A DNA stretch of 64,000 bases, from contig JAANOX010000205.1 in assembly GCA_020184695.1 (NCBI GenBank), forward strand, positions 310,001 through 374,000, read 5' to 3'. Positions 10,142-21,809 of this stretch are shown here, piece by piece. The notes under the pieces were generated by a model, which was not told where the DNA came from, made no database searches, and was given only the letters and a program-made list of their open reading frames with translations. The stretch is from Histomonas meleagridis 2922-C6/04-290x. Taxonomy: Eukaryota > Protista > Parabasalia. Position 1 is the first letter of the stretch. Each line of letters starts with the position of its first letter. A program made the translations under genes and the position numbers.

Positions 10142-13100
10142 TTAATACCACGGAATGGTTTCACATGGCTGAATATTTGGATTTTTTGCTCTTTCTATGA
10201 TCTCTTCCAAATTTTTCATCCAATCTGTGCACTCTTCGACTGACGCGTTCTTGTTTAGAGGGGGCGAAAGCTTTATGAATCTGTTCTCCAAAATTGTCCT
10301 TTGTCGCACAATTTCTTCTATGTTGTAATCAATTGACATCTCATCACCAATTATCACTTCGATAAATGAACGAACATTTTCCAAGTATAACGCTAAGGAG
10401 TTTGAGACGGCAGCCATTCCAACTCCGAAACTCATCGAATTATTATTCCAATTAATGACTCCTTCAATATTCCTACTTAACCTAAAAGGCGAATGCTTTG
10501 TCTCTTTAGCAAACTCTCCATGGTCAAAATCGATATATAAAATCGGTACTTCTCCAAATCCCATACATGTAATTAAATTATCCAAATCGGAATATGGAGC
10601 TGAAAATATATATCGTAATACGCATGATGATGAGTATGAGTATATCAGCAATTTTAATAAGTTAATCTCGGGCTTATGTTTAAAAATTTTCAAATAAAAA
10701 GACGTAAATCTGACGATCGAATCATTCGGAAATTGTTCCACTTTTTCAATACCTTTGGCGGTTAATTGACCGTTTTTGATGTATTTGTTTATCCATTTAT
10801 CTTTCGTCATCATTACGTCATGTTCAAATAATAGTCCTAAACTAATAGGCTCTGATTGTAAAGGCACTGCTATTGTATCCACACCAATTTGAAAACTATT
10901 TAATGACATTAGTTGTATACCTAATGATCTTGTTTGATATGTTTTTTGTAATAACAATTGAAACATATAAAATATAGTCGGTAAAGTTAATACAGAATTA
11001 TGGAACCCACCTTGATTTTGGGTATGTTGTACCAAAATTATTTGACACGGTTTTTCTGTTGTTGTCACTTTCACATAACCTATAGAATTATTGAACGATA
11101 CGAATTCTGGATTTACTTTTGTTAAAATCAAATTTCCATTTCCAGATTCATTAATATTTTGGAATGGTAATACAAAAGGCATATGCGAATTAAAGTCTTC
11201 GAATAATTCGATAATATGTTTTCTAGTTTCACTAAACAAATTTTTGGAACCAGTCATATTCATAATTAATTTTTCTCTTTCGTTTTGATTCATTGATTTA
11301 ATGTTAAGAATGAAATTTTGGAAATCGCCGATTAATTTAATGTCATCTTTAGTCAATAAAGAGATTGATTTTTCGAATTTACTAATGAACGTTTTTTGTT
11401 TTCTAATTTGTAATAAATCTATTTTTGCTAAATGTTCATTCGGAATCCTTAAAGCTTGATCAATAAAGTCATGAAACTTCTTTTGATAACTATACTCGTG
11501 AATGTTTAATGAGAAAACAGCGTTATATAACGACATTATGAATTTCATTATTTTGATTTGATTGTGTCTGTAACTATCTGTTACAATTGAATTCTCGAGT
11601 TTCATTTGCAATTCGATGTTGTTGAATTTCTTAGCGTACATTGTGCTTCTAAATGACATTTCGAGGAATAAGTCCATTGCTATGTCCGAGAAGACTTTAT
11701 TCCCTGAAATGCGGATAAGTTGTTGAAGCCAATGACGCCATAACTCGGAATATTCTGGTTTAAATATTTCTTTATTATGCGAAATTATTTGATTGAAACA
11801 TTCATTGTTTAATGTCGATATGATTCGAATTAATGTAACAATTCGTGCTGATGATTCGATGCGTTGAAACAATGGAACATTTGATTTGTTCCGAAATATT
11901 TGACAATAAGAATTAAATGACGTGTTAAACGAATCTAATGTTCGTTGATCTAAAAACAAATTAAAACAAAAAGGAGCAAAAAAGATCCAATCATTAGTTA
12001 TTACTTTCTGTTGTGATATTTTGATTTGCATTGTTTTGAAGACTTCTTCTATTTGTTCTTTTGTTATTCCAAACATCCCATTTATTGTTGAATTTGTTGA
12101 ATTCTTTGGGAAATATTTCGAAAATGAAATTGGTAATAACAAACAAATTGATTCATCATCAATTTCATTAATTTCATTTTGTTTATTTGGAATATTTAAT
12201 ATCATTTTTTTATATTTATGTAATAACTTAATAAGTGTTGGATTTAATAATAAGTTTTCATTTTGTTTATATATTTGTTGTTGATTATTTAAATGTTTTC
12301 GAAGTTTCGTTATTATTATTTCTATTACAACACTTTTTTCTTTTTGATAAATTGATGTTTTATTATGAAGTAATTTAATGTTTTCTATTTCTATTTCATT
12401 TAATAAATTATTCATTAAATCAATTTCATTACTTTTATTTATAAATAACTCTGTGACTTTTTTAAGCATTATAATAATTTGTTCATTTATTTTATTAATA
12501 TTTTTAAGTGGTTTAATGATATCATCAATTTCATAATTATATTTATCATTATGAATTATGAAATGTGAATTAATATCTTTAATTCGTATAAAAAAATTAC
12601 TAACATTATTATTATTTAATTCGATTTGATATATTTTATCGGCGAGTTCATAATGATTTAATATTGTTAATGATATTGCAGTTCTTTGATTAATATTTAA
12701 CTCATCAAAGAACTTAAAATATATTACATCATTAATATAATTAGGTAATAATAAATAATAATTAATTTCGGAATCTTGTTGATTTAAAAACTTTGTAATA
12801 TAATTATATTGCTCAAATAAAATTACAGCTTTCTCACCAACTTTATAAGGGATTTTATAATTATAATTATACATAATGATTAAAATAGTTACAACAATTT
12901 GATTATATGATGACTTATCTTTAGTTTTTAATATTTTTATTAATAACTCATAAAAATATGTAAATATTTCTTCGTTAATGAATTTCGATATTGAATTAAT
13001 TGCTAATTCAGATGAAATTTTAGATAATTTCGAACTAAAAGAAAATAATGGTATCCAATAATTGTTTTTTATAGTTAACAATGAGATTATATAAGGAAAT

Positions 13101-16100
13101 GTTTCATTATCCCAAATGTTAATAGGGAAATCTTGTAATAAATATAATAATCTTTCTTCAAATGAAATCGGTAATAATTTTTCAAGTTCTTCTAAATAAA
13201 GAATAGTTTTAAAACAATTCGATTTTTTAATGATATTTAAATATGATAAAATTATATATTTATTATTATTTATACCAATGTTTCTCGTAAATTTATTTAT
13301 TGATTTGATGATATTTTGGAAAAATATATCATCTTTTGGTACTATTAATGAAACGTTTTCCAAAAAATGAAATTTTATTGATGTATTAATTTTTTTTGTT
13401 GATAACAATGATGGAAATATTACAGAAAAAATAGTAATTTTTGATTCGTTTCCGATAATATTCGCAAAAATTTGATCGAAAAATGGAATTTTCGAATCAT
13501 CGTTTATCCATTTTATTATATTTATTAATATTTTTAATAAACTTATTTCGCCACTTTCATATTTTATCCAAATCTCATTAATTAATGTTTGGAAATCAGT
13601 TGTATTATTTAAAATCAAGGCTTTACTTAATACATATAAATATTCAAATAAATTCGAATTATATATATTCGAAACATTATAAAATAAATCAATAATTTGA
13701 GGTTTCAATTGATTAAATAATGTATCAACAGTCGAAATATCTTTAAACAACAATTTAAATGAATTTTTTAATATGTTTTCGATGTTATTTTGACAATATG
13801 TTAATATATGTTCAAATATTGCAGCGGAAAATTGATCACAAACTCGAATAATATCAAAATGAATTGCACAACAAATAAAATGAAAACTCATTAAGTTTTG
13901 AATTGAATTATCTAATTCACTAATCATATCAAAAGGAAATGATTTATCAAAAGGATATTTTAAAACAAATGTAAATAAAGTGTTAATGAAATTCTTATTA
14001 TAATCTTGTTTAGTATTTTTCATTTGGAATCTTAAATAAGAAAAAATTATATTATAAAATATCATTAATTCTTCATTTGTTAACTCTGTTGAGTTACAAA
14101 AGTTAATTGTATATAATAATATTTGTTTTATTTCAGATGGATCATCATTAACTTTTAATCTTTTAATTTTTCGTTCAAGATAAGTTGATAAAGTTATAAT
14201 AATCGAAAAAGGTAAATATTTAAGAATCTGTTGAAAGTTATTAACTAATGCAAAGATTTCTATTACTAATTTTGTTGATAATAATTTATTATGGAAATAA
14301 AATATGATATTTTCAATAGTTTTCGGACTTAATTCATCCAAATATTTAGAATTGGACATTAAAAATGAATAAAGATATGGAAAATATTGAATATCGAAAA
14401 ATTTTGGAAATGTTAACACTTGATTAAATATAGATTCATATATAAAAATAGGCATGAAATCTAATTCGTTTAATTTTTTCCCAAGTTTTAATAAATAAAC
14501 TTGTACTTGTGGATCACTTGAATTAGAAAAAGATAAAAACCCGGTTAATAATTTAGATAATTGTTCTTCATTAGGCTTTGATTTATCTAATAAATAACGA
14601 GCGCTTTTAAATATTACTAAAGAAAATCGTTTGTCGTCAATTAATTCCAATAATTTATCCCAAACAAATTCTTCATTTGGAATTTGTTTTAATACTTTAA
14701 TACAATGTGGTACTATAATTCTACTCATTTGTGGGATAATAGGTTTCAATTTCTCAATGAATGATTGTAATAACTGTAATATAAATTCATTTGATGATTT
14801 ATAAAATACAATTTTAATATAATAAGAATATAAATTCGAATTGACAAAAATATTATTCTTAAATATAAATAAAAATGACGTAACTTGATCAATTGTTATA
14901 GAATATTTAAATGTATTTAAAATGGATATTCCTAATGATACTAAATTAGAATGAATATGATTATTACATCGTTCTTTCTTTTGTGAAAACCTAAATAACT
15001 CTTTAAATATTAACCAAATTATTTGAATTAATTTTTCATTTGTTGAAAGTTTTTTATTATTTTCTGTAATTTTTGGAAAGATTCGTATTAATTCTGGTTG
15101 AAAATTTAAAAATTGTTCTGTGTTTTCAATCGATTGGAAATAATTTAAAAACGAATTTAATATTAGAAAATCTTTAATGTTTAATTTTTGTTCATATAAT
15201 ATCATTTCTTTAATGAAATAACAATTAAATAAATTAGAATCTGTTAAAGAATTAATTAAATATAAAATCGAAGGATCCGAAAATTCAGTTAAGAATTGAT
15301 ATATATATTTCTTAACTATTGGCATAAAAGGTAATGAAGATTTTTGTATTATTCTTAAAACAGTATCAATATAAATTTGCAAATAAGTTTTCTCAATGTT
15401 ATATTGTGATAATATTATATCTTTAACTTGTTCTTGTTGAATATAATTTTTGGATCCAATGAATTCAAATAATTTTATTAAATTAGGTAAAAATCGAATT
15501 TGTTCAACTTCTGTCTTTTCAAGATATTTCGGAATTTCAAGTATGAAATTAATTATAGCATTCGAAGGGATTTTTTCGGGGAAATTTCGAGAAATAGATA
15601 TATAATAACCTAAATTTTTATCTAATCTTTCATCGAAATAATTTAATCTGATTAATATTGTTGGATAATTATTTTTCAAAATATTTAAATTTTTTTGGGC
15701 TAATTTACGTATAGATAACATTGGATTCATTAAAGATTTTATTGAATTTTCAAAATTACTTGAAATGAAATTATTATAATTTTGGAAATAATTAAAAATT
15801 TCAGGATTTCTTAAAACAGAATAAAACAATGATAACATCCGTGGTATTTTTTCAGTCTCAGGGATTTTATCCTTTTTACCTAAAGAACAAAAATCTAAAA
15901 TCTTTTCGACAATATTATTATTTAATTCATTTACAACGTTATTACTATTAATATTACATAAAAATGCTAAAGTTAATCTTTGTATGAACAAAGTTGATTC
16001 TATTTCTTTATTAATTTCTTCTAATGAATTAATTTGTAATGGAATTCCTAACTTAGAAACTCTTTTTTCTAAAATAATTCGAACGGAAATTGACAAAGGA

Positions 16101-19100
16101 TTTATTATATCATATACAACATTAATAAATTCTTTATATGTTTCTTTATTATTTTTCGAAAAAAATTCTTTTAAAAACAAATTTAACATATAAGGAAATG
16201 AATCAAACGGATGAACTTTTATTGTTTGTATTAAAAAATCTCGAATTAAAATAATGTTAATAAATTTTGGATAATATCTTAAAAATAATGAAAACCCATT
16301 TAATAATACAAACAAATTATTTGAATGTTTCGGAAATAGAAATAATGAATTTATAGTTTCATGAATAAAAAAATCAGAGATTGGTTTATCTTTACAATAT
16401 TCGAAGAATGAAATTGCTAATTTCATACCAAAAGAAGAAGAATATGAATAATGACAACCAATAGCATCAAGTAAACATAAAATATATAAATTTGAAATCC
16501 CTTGAATAAAGTAATTACCAAAAGCTTCAGTTATATATTGTCCGAATTTTTTTAGATTATTTCGAAGTCTTTTATATGAATAAAGATGTAATAATAATGA
16601 TATTAATTGACGTAATGAATTAGTAACAAAATCATCTTGTGTTTCGAAATCTTCAATTATATCTTGAAAACAATTTGTCATTAATGAATATAATGATAAT
16701 ATTTCATCTTCTGTATTATTTAATGACGACAAAATCGAATTTAATGTTGTGTTCATATCAAAACCTAATTCTTTCATTCGGAACCCTCTTCCTTCTGATG
16801 GGTTATATATATATTCTAAAAAATAATTCGAATAATTTGGTAAAAATTGAATTATTTTTTGTGCGTTTTGAATCTTTGGGTTTTTTAATGTGTTTAAAAA
16901 TGTTGTAATAATTTGATGTAAATTTTCATTCAGTTGTAATTTAATTTGATTTTCTTTTAATGTTAAAAAATTTATACAAATGTTATTAGCTAATATAATT
17001 AAATTTATGTCATCACTTGAATAAGCAGATTCAAGAAATTTCGCTTTAGTTCTTTGATTATATATTAAATTTAATTCTTCTTCAAGCATTGTCAATATTA
17101 CATTTAACGCATCATTCTTAGCAAATTCATCAATTTCATTATAATAAAATTGATTAATCCTAGAAATTCGTTGTTTATCTTTTTGTGGATTTAATGAATA
17201 TGTATTAATATCGGTCATTTTTAAATAATGATTTAAAAATCGAATAGCTATAGATTGGTTATATATGTCTTTTAAATTAGATAATATTGTAAATATGAAA
17301 ACATTTTGATATAATTTTAATGTATTCCCAAATGAATAATTAATATTCGAATATTGTGAACACATTGCTAATCTTATAGATATCATTACACAATCATAGA
17401 TTAATGAATTTTTTTTTGCAGATTTGGCTAAAATTAATGATACATTACATGCAACGATTTGCATTAATCTTTCAAGTATAATGTTAAAAAATATTGAATG
17501 CGTTGCACTATCGCTTTTATCTCTTTGTAAATTTGAAAATGTTTCAATAAATTTTACTGTGATTTGTTTCTTCTTTATTGAGTTAAATATTAAATCTGAT
17601 ATTGTATAAGCTAAAGATTGTAATAAATTTGGAGGTAATGTACCAATTATTTCATAATATTGTCTATATATCGAAGGAAATTCTAAACAAAATTCGATTT
17701 TTTTAAGTCCGGATGAAAAATATTTTGGTAATTTTGTGTTTTTTAATAAGTTTTTCTTTTTAATTGAAAGAAATTCTGTTTGTTTTAATGATGAAATGAT
17801 CATAAAATTAAAAAAAGTTGAATAAGTGTGTTGTAAATATTGAAATGAAACCATTGCTAAGTATTGATTATTATTATTTAATGAATGGACAATGAATTCT
17901 CTTAAAGCTTTTAATAATCTAATTTGAAAAGAAGATATTGTAAAGAAAAACTTACGAATTAATTCGATTCTTCGAATTTGTTTTTCGAAATCTTCAATAA
18001 TTTCATTAATATAAATATAATTAATTTCTTTTATATAAGTATAGATATATTTATCGAATATAAAATTATTATTATTATTATCTTCATTGTTATTATATTG
18101 ATCAATAAAATATAAAAACTTTTTCATCGACTTTTTTTCATTCATTAAATTCTTATCAATCGAATGAATTTTCATTAATTGTATGTTCAAATTCGATAAA
18201 CATGTATCAAGACATGAGAAAAAGTAATTCATTGGATAACAATTGTTTGTCATGCATTGACTAAATAATGATTTAGTCAAAACGCCAATAGAATCTAAAA
18301 AATATGGATATTCAGGCATGTTAAAAACAGTTCTTATTCCATTACATATGAAGTTTAATGTTTGGATCTTTTGTTTATGATCTTCATTATTACTTAAACT
18401 ATCAAAAAACCAAAAACATAAATACCAATGAAACGTTTTGTGGAGATCATGATGTTTAATATATGATACACAATCAAACATAGCTGTAATAATTACAGAA
18501 CATTCAGAAAGAAGATTCTTCTCTTTAACAAAATAAAACCAACTATGAAAATAATTGTTTAAAAAGACTATGAATGAAACGGTGCTTCGCTTTGCTAAAT
18601 GTTGAAAAACATTTTCAAATTTGGGTAATGTGTTGATATCGATTTTATGCATTAAACAACTTTGTTTTATAGATCGGAATATTTCGGCAATTAAATAAAA
18701 TAAACTATACGTCATTTGATTATTTTGCAATGTTAGTATCTTATCAAAGATTTGTGGGATATCATTAAGAAATGGTGGTGTCAAAAGATGGGTATCTAGA
18801 ATTACAATAAGCGAATGATAATAGCAGTAAGGCGTAATGGAATAAAATCCTAAATTTTCAGCCTTGTCATTAATAAATGTGTTTACAAATGATGAAAATA
18901 ATTGATAATATTGCGATGGAATGTCTTGCAAATTGGAAAACATTGATAAGAGAATAACTTCCGCTGAAAAAATTTGCCCTTTATTATAAAAAGTTAAATT
19001 TGAAATAATCGTATCAGGAGATGTTGGAATAAACATAATTGCCGATATAAGCGGAAGCAAAGATAATAGATCGTTTTCATCTTTGTCTAAATTAGGATTT

Positions 19101-19366
19101 GATTCTATTGAATAATTTGCTAAAAGTTTTGAAATATATCCAACAATTTCATGTCCCCCATTTAAATTAGTTTGTATATGTCTCTCCCTGAGGTAATTGA
19201 TGAATCCAGGAATAGAAGGCTTTTGATCATTATTTGAACCTGAGGAAAAAACATCCATACGAATTCCTGGTTTGGATTTTTGGGGTGCCTCACCGGATTT
19301 CAATCGGAAATAATCGATTAATTGATTTTCTGGAGGGTTTAGTGAAGTAAAAATGAGAATATTCAT
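10142..19366 (-). CDS. TRRAP: TRRAP/Tra1-like PIKK pseudokinase
   Basis: 3074-aa helical ORF with a C-terminal PIKK-like region (SPFRLSRNIE), no DRH/DFG motifs, and a FATC ending ETIPWY, as expected for Tra1/TRRAP. Confidence 0.7.
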   Translation of the reverse strand: MNILIFTSLNPPENQLIDYFRLKSGEAPQKSKPGIRMDVFSSGSNNDQKPSIPGFINYLRERHIQTNLNGGHEIVGYISKLLANYSIESNPNLDKDENDLLSLLPLISAIMFIPTSPDTIISNLTFYNKGQIFSAEVILLSMFSNLQDIPSQYYQLFSSFVNTFINDKAENLGFYSITPYCYYHSLIVILDTHLLTPPFLNDIPQIFDKILTLQNNQMTYSLFYLIAEIFRSIKQSCLMHKIDINTLPKFENVFQHLAKRSTVSFIVFLNNYFHSWFYFVKEKNLLSECSVIITAMFDCVSYIKHHDLHKTFHWYLCFWFFDSLSNNEDHKQKIQTLNFICNGIRTVFNMPEYPYFLDSIGVLTKSLFSQCMTNNCYPMNYFFSCLDTCLSNLNIQLMKIHSIDKNLMNEKKSMKKFLYFIDQYNNNEDNNNNNFIFDKYIYTYIKEINYIYINEIIEDFEKQIRRIELIRKFFFTISSFQIRLLKALREFIVHSLNNNNQYLAMVSFQYLQHTYSTFFNFMIISSLKQTEFLSIKKKNLLKNTKLPKYFSSGLKKIEFCLEFPSIYRQYYEIIGTLPPNLLQSLAYTISDLIFNSIKKKQITVKFIETFSNLQRDKSDSATHSIFFNIILERLMQIVACNVSLILAKSAKKNSLIYDCVMISIRLAMCSQYSNINYSFGNTLKLYQNVFIFTILSNLKDIYNQSIAIRFLNHYLKMTDINTYSLNPQKDKQRISRINQFYYNEIDEFAKNDALNVILTMLEEELNLIYNQRTKAKFLESAYSSDDINLIILANNICINFLTLKENQIKLQLNENLHQIITTFLNTLKNPKIQNAQKIIQFLPNYSNYFLEYIYNPSEGRGFRMKELGFDMNTTLNSILSSLNNTEDEILSLYSLMTNCFQDIIEDFETQDDFVTNSLRQLISLLLHLYSYKRLRNNLKKFGQYITEAFGNYFIQGISNLYILCLLDAIGCHYSYSSSFGMKLAISFFEYCKDKPISDFFIHETINSLFLFPKHSNNLFVLLNGFSLFLRYYPKFINIILIRDFLIQTIKVHPFDSFPYMLNLFLKEFFSKNNKETYKEFINVVYDIINPLSISVRIILEKRVSKLGIPLQINSLEEINKEIESTLFIQRLTLAFLCNINSNNVVNELNNNIVEKILDFCSLGKKDKIPETEKIPRMLSLFYSVLRNPEIFNYFQNYNNFISSNFENSIKSLMNPMLSIRKLAQKNLNILKNNYPTILIRLNYFDERLDKNLGYYISISRNFPEKIPSNAIINFILEIPKYLEKTEVEQIRFLPNLIKLFEFIGSKNYIQQEQVKDIILSQYNIEKTYLQIYIDTVLRIIQKSSLPFMPIVKKYIYQFLTEFSDPSILYLINSLTDSNLFNCYFIKEMILYEQKLNIKDFLILNSFLNYFQSIENTEQFLNFQPELIRIFPKITENNKKLSTNEKLIQIIWLIFKELFRFSQKKERCNNHIHSNLVSLGISILNTFKYSITIDQVTSFLFIFKNNIFVNSNLYSYYIKIVFYKSSNEFILQLLQSFIEKLKPIIPQMSRIIVPHCIKVLKQIPNEEFVWDKLLELIDDKRFSLVIFKSARYLLDKSKPNEEQLSKLLTGFLSFSNSSDPQVQVYLLKLGKKLNELDFMPIFIYESIFNQVLTFPKFFDIQYFPYLYSFLMSNSKYLDELSPKTIENIIFYFHNKLLSTKLVIEIFALVNNFQQILKYLPFSIIITLSTYLERKIKRLKVNDDPSEIKQILLYTINFCNSTELTNEELMIFYNIIFSYLRFQMKNTKQDYNKNFINTLFTFVLKYPFDKSFPFDMISELDNSIQNLMSFHFICCAIHFDIIRVCDQFSAAIFEHILTYCQNNIENILKNSFKLLFKDISTVDTLFNQLKPQIIDLFYNVSNIYNSNLFEYLYVLSKALILNNTTDFQTLINEIWIKYESGEISLLKILINIIKWINDDSKIPFFDQIFANIIGNESKITIFSVIFPSLLSTKKINTSIKFHFLENVSLIVPKDDIFFQNIIKSINKFTRNIGINNNKYIILSYLNIIKKSNCFKTILYLEELEKLLPISFEERLLYLLQDFPINIWDNETFPYIISLLTIKNNYWIPLFSFSSKLSKISSELAINSISKFINEEIFTYFYELLIKILKTKDKSSYNQIVVTILIIMYNYNYKIPYKVGEKAVILFEQYNYITKFLNQQDSEINYYLLLPNYINDVIYFKFFDELNINQRTAISLTILNHYELADKIYQIELNNNNVSNFFIRIKDINSHFIIHNDKYNYEIDDIIKPLKNINKINEQIIIMLKKVTELFINKSNEIDLMNNLLNEIEIENIKLLHNKTSIYQKEKSVVIEIIITKLRKHLNNQQQIYKQNENLLLNPTLIKLLHKYKKMILNIPNKQNEINEIDDESICLLLPISFSKYFPKNSTNSTINGMFGITKEQIEEVFKTMQIKISQQKVITNDWIFFAPFCFNLFLDQRTLDSFNTSFNSYCQIFRNKSNVPLFQRIESSARIVTLIRIISTLNNECFNQIISHNKEIFKPEYSELWRHWLQQLIRISGNKVFSDIAMDLFLEMSFRSTMYAKKFNNIELQMKLENSIVTDSYRHNQIKIMKFIMSLYNAVFSLNIHEYSYQKKFHDFIDQALRIPNEHLAKIDLLQIRKQKTFISKFEKSISLLTKDDIKLIGDFQNFILNIKSMNQNEREKLIMNMTGSKNLFSETRKHIIELFEDFNSHMPFVLPFQNINESGNGNLILTKVNPEFVSFNNSIGYVKVTTTEKPCQIILVQHTQNQGGFHNSVLTLPTIFYMFQLLLQKTYQTRSLGIQLMSLNSFQIGVDTIAVPLQSEPISLGLLFEHDVMMTKDKWINKYIKNGQLTAKGIEKVEQFPNDSIVRFTSFYLKIFKHKPEINLLKLLIYSYSSSCVLRYIFSAPYSDLDNLITCMGFGEVPILYIDFDHGEFAKETKHSPFRLSRNIEGVINWNNNSMSFGVGMAAVSNSLALYLENVRSFIEVIIGDEMSIDYNIEEIVRQRTILENRFIKLSPPLNKNASVEECTDWMKNLEEIIERAKNPNIQPCETIPWY

Positions 19367-20360
19367 CTTCTTTAAATTTTATTTTTTAGTTACTTTTATT
19401 TGGTTGAATCTGTAATTAAAAAAATTGCTGAGATAAGTTTTTTAGAAATCGTCTATTTTATTTCCATAAAATTATAAATTTTACTTTCAAGTAGGAGTTT
19501 TTGATCGTTTCCCAATAGAATTTCGATGAAAAGTCGATGTAAACGGTTATTCAAGTGCAATTCTATAAAAATTCTTAATCGGTTGATCACACAAAATTTC
19601 AATTATTGTTAAATAAATAATTCAAATATTTTTCAAACTGTTTTTTACAAAAAAAAATAATTCTTTGTTGCTCAAATTCATTTTGTAATGGATGAAGTAA
19701 AACATTGTAATTAGTCAAAGCTATGCATGTATCTCAAGGGTGCCAGTTAAAAACTTCCCTCATTCTCCACGAAACTTTCCTTCTGTAACACCAAAAATGG
19801 ATTTCACTCTTCCAAAATAATTTTATCGAGAAAACTAAATTATCTCATAATCAAGACTTATCTCCTTATAATAAGGAGATGATGAAAAGCTCAATACATT
19901 TTAGGAGATCCAAAACTGGCCAGTTTGGAGGGGGGAGACAAATTATAATATATAGAACAGGTATAAAACACTCCCCATGTTATTGGCTATGCCATTACTT
20001 AAAATAAAGAAAATCAGATTCTGTATATCTTTTTGTTTCTAAAAATGGTAACAAAATTAGTCCAAGATATCTCCGAGTTAGACTGAAAAAGAACCTTAAT
20101 GAAATCAACGAAGGCGGTTATTTTCAACCCATTCACTTCGAAATGTTGTCGCACAAACGGCAGCCTATAATGGTGCATGTTTCAGTGCAATCAACACCAA
20201 GGAGGTTGGAAAAGCTCATGCTTTTTGAAATATACTCATCTTACACCCCCAACCGTCACTTTTAATTCAATTCCAAACGTTAACGATTTTACCATTATAA
20301 CGTTCTCATGTTCTCAAAATATTCCATCCCAACCCGCCTTTTTTTCCTTTAATACTGATT

Positions 20361-21407
20361 ATGAAAAATAGGGAAATGTTTGTTAAAAAATATCAGCAGT
20401 CAGTGACCAAAAACAATTTGTTCCAAAGGGAGCACTTATTTTTTGGAGTATTTTTACTTGCGCATATATATCTTTATATTTCATCACAATATAGACATAT
20501 AGATTTTATATACAAAATCCATTGTGAAGACTTTAAACTTAAGATTATTAATCCTAATATGTTTAAGGTGGTGAAAATTCAAGCTGGTCTTGGAAACCAA
20601 CTTTTCCAATATTCTTTTGCATATGCCCTTTTCTGTGAAACAGGGATACCTGTATACATTGATGTTTTTAGTTACGGGGATTGTTCTAGATTGTATTGTC
20701 ATAACTTTACTTCTGACATCGAAAGTTTAAAAAGTACAACAATCCGAAGGAATAGTTTAACTTTCTTTAACATTTCTCTTAAAACAGCAACGAAAAAGCA
20801 AATTGAAAAAAGTATGAAAAATAAGGTTTATCAGGAAAATGTATTAGGTCATCCTCTAAGTGAATATAATACTTCAAAACCCCAATATTTTATTGGGTTT
20901 TTTGAGAATTTATCGTATTATAATTTTGAAAAATATAGGGATGATCTTATTAAGGAATTCACATTAAATGTTGAATTCCCAAAGAAATATAAAAAATATA
21001 TTGATTTAATAGAAAATACAAATTCTATTTCTATACATTTAAGGCGTACTGATCATGGGTTTCATGGTTTTGTTCCTATTGATTTTTATGAAAAAGCTAT
21101 TGAATATATGAATACGCATGTAGAAAACCCACATTATTTTGTGTTTTCTGATGATATAAAATTTGCTAAAGATAACTTAAAAATTAATGGAAATGTTACA
21201 TTCATTAATGGAACAAGTAGCTTGCAGCCAATATTTGATTTTGAATTAATGAGAAAATGTAAACATAATATAATTGCTAATAGTACATTCTCATGGTGGG
21301 CTGCATTCCTGAATATTTTTAAGAATAAGATTATAATAGGACCAAAAATTTGGACAAAAGGAAGAAATAGTAATTATATTTTACCAAAATATTTTGTTAT
21401 TATATAA
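20361..21407 (+). CDS. Alpha-1,2-fucosyltransferase, glycosyltransferase family 11
   Basis: GT11 motifs GLGNQLFQY, ISIHLRRTD, YFVFSDD, DFELMRKCKHNIIANSTFSWWAAFL. Alternative start at 20559 (MFKVVK). Confidence 0.9.
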   Translation: MKNREMFVKKYQQSVTKNNLFQREHLFFGVFLLAHIYLYISSQYRHIDFIYKIHCEDFKLKIINPNMFKVVKIQAGLGNQLFQYSFAYALFCETGIPVYIDVFSYGDCSRLYCHNFTSDIESLKSTTIRRNSLTFFNISLKTATKKQIEKSMKNKVYQENVLGHPLSEYNTSKPQYFIGFFENLSYYNFEKYRDDLIKEFTLNVEFPKKYKKYIDLIENTNSISIHLRRTDHGFHGFVPIDFYEKAIEYMNTHVENPHYFVFSDDIKFAKDNLKINGNVTFINGTSSLQPIFDFELMRKCKHNIIANSTFSWWAAFLNIFKNKIIIGPKIWTKGRNSNYILPKYFVII

Positions 21408-21798
21408 AATATATATTAATATAAAATTATTTTTTATTATTAAATAGAAAAGGCAAATTTTACTACAAAAATATATATTGTTTTTTAAAAAAAAATCATC
21501 CAGAAATGTATTTGTGTGATCAAAACATGCACAAAAAGTCAAAACTGTCATAATATATATTGCTCTCCTATATTATTAAATTTTTTACCAAATAAAACTT
21601 TAATGGTTTTTTACTTCGCAAACGAACAATTTCAAAATTAATATCTAGTTGATTATCTCGAAAAAATTAAAATTTATGTTTGATTTTTCATTTTTGTATG
21701 GAAAGACGTTAATTACACAAAAAGTGACTTTTGATAGCGTTCTAAAAAATGATTGTTTGAACAAACATTGCATACTTTACTCGTTATTGTTTTATGTG

Positions 21799-21806
21799 TC
21801 ACTTCA
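21799..21806 (+). promoter_or_regulatory. Trichomonad Initiator (Inr)-like element TCACTTCA
   Basis: Matches the TCAYTWYTCA-type Inr and lies 3 nt before the ATG at 21810. Confidence 0.6.
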
Positions 21807-21809
21807 CAA

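Noticed and set aside
19710-19750. Resemblance to the 5' end of SSU rRNA (AAAGCTATGCATGT)
   Set aside because: It is only a short partial match with no continuing rRNA sequence.
19860-19880. Perfect 10-bp inverted repeat ATCTCCTTAT-A-ATAAGGAGAT
   Set aside because: It is isolated, has a 1-nt loop, and has no associated element or second copy.
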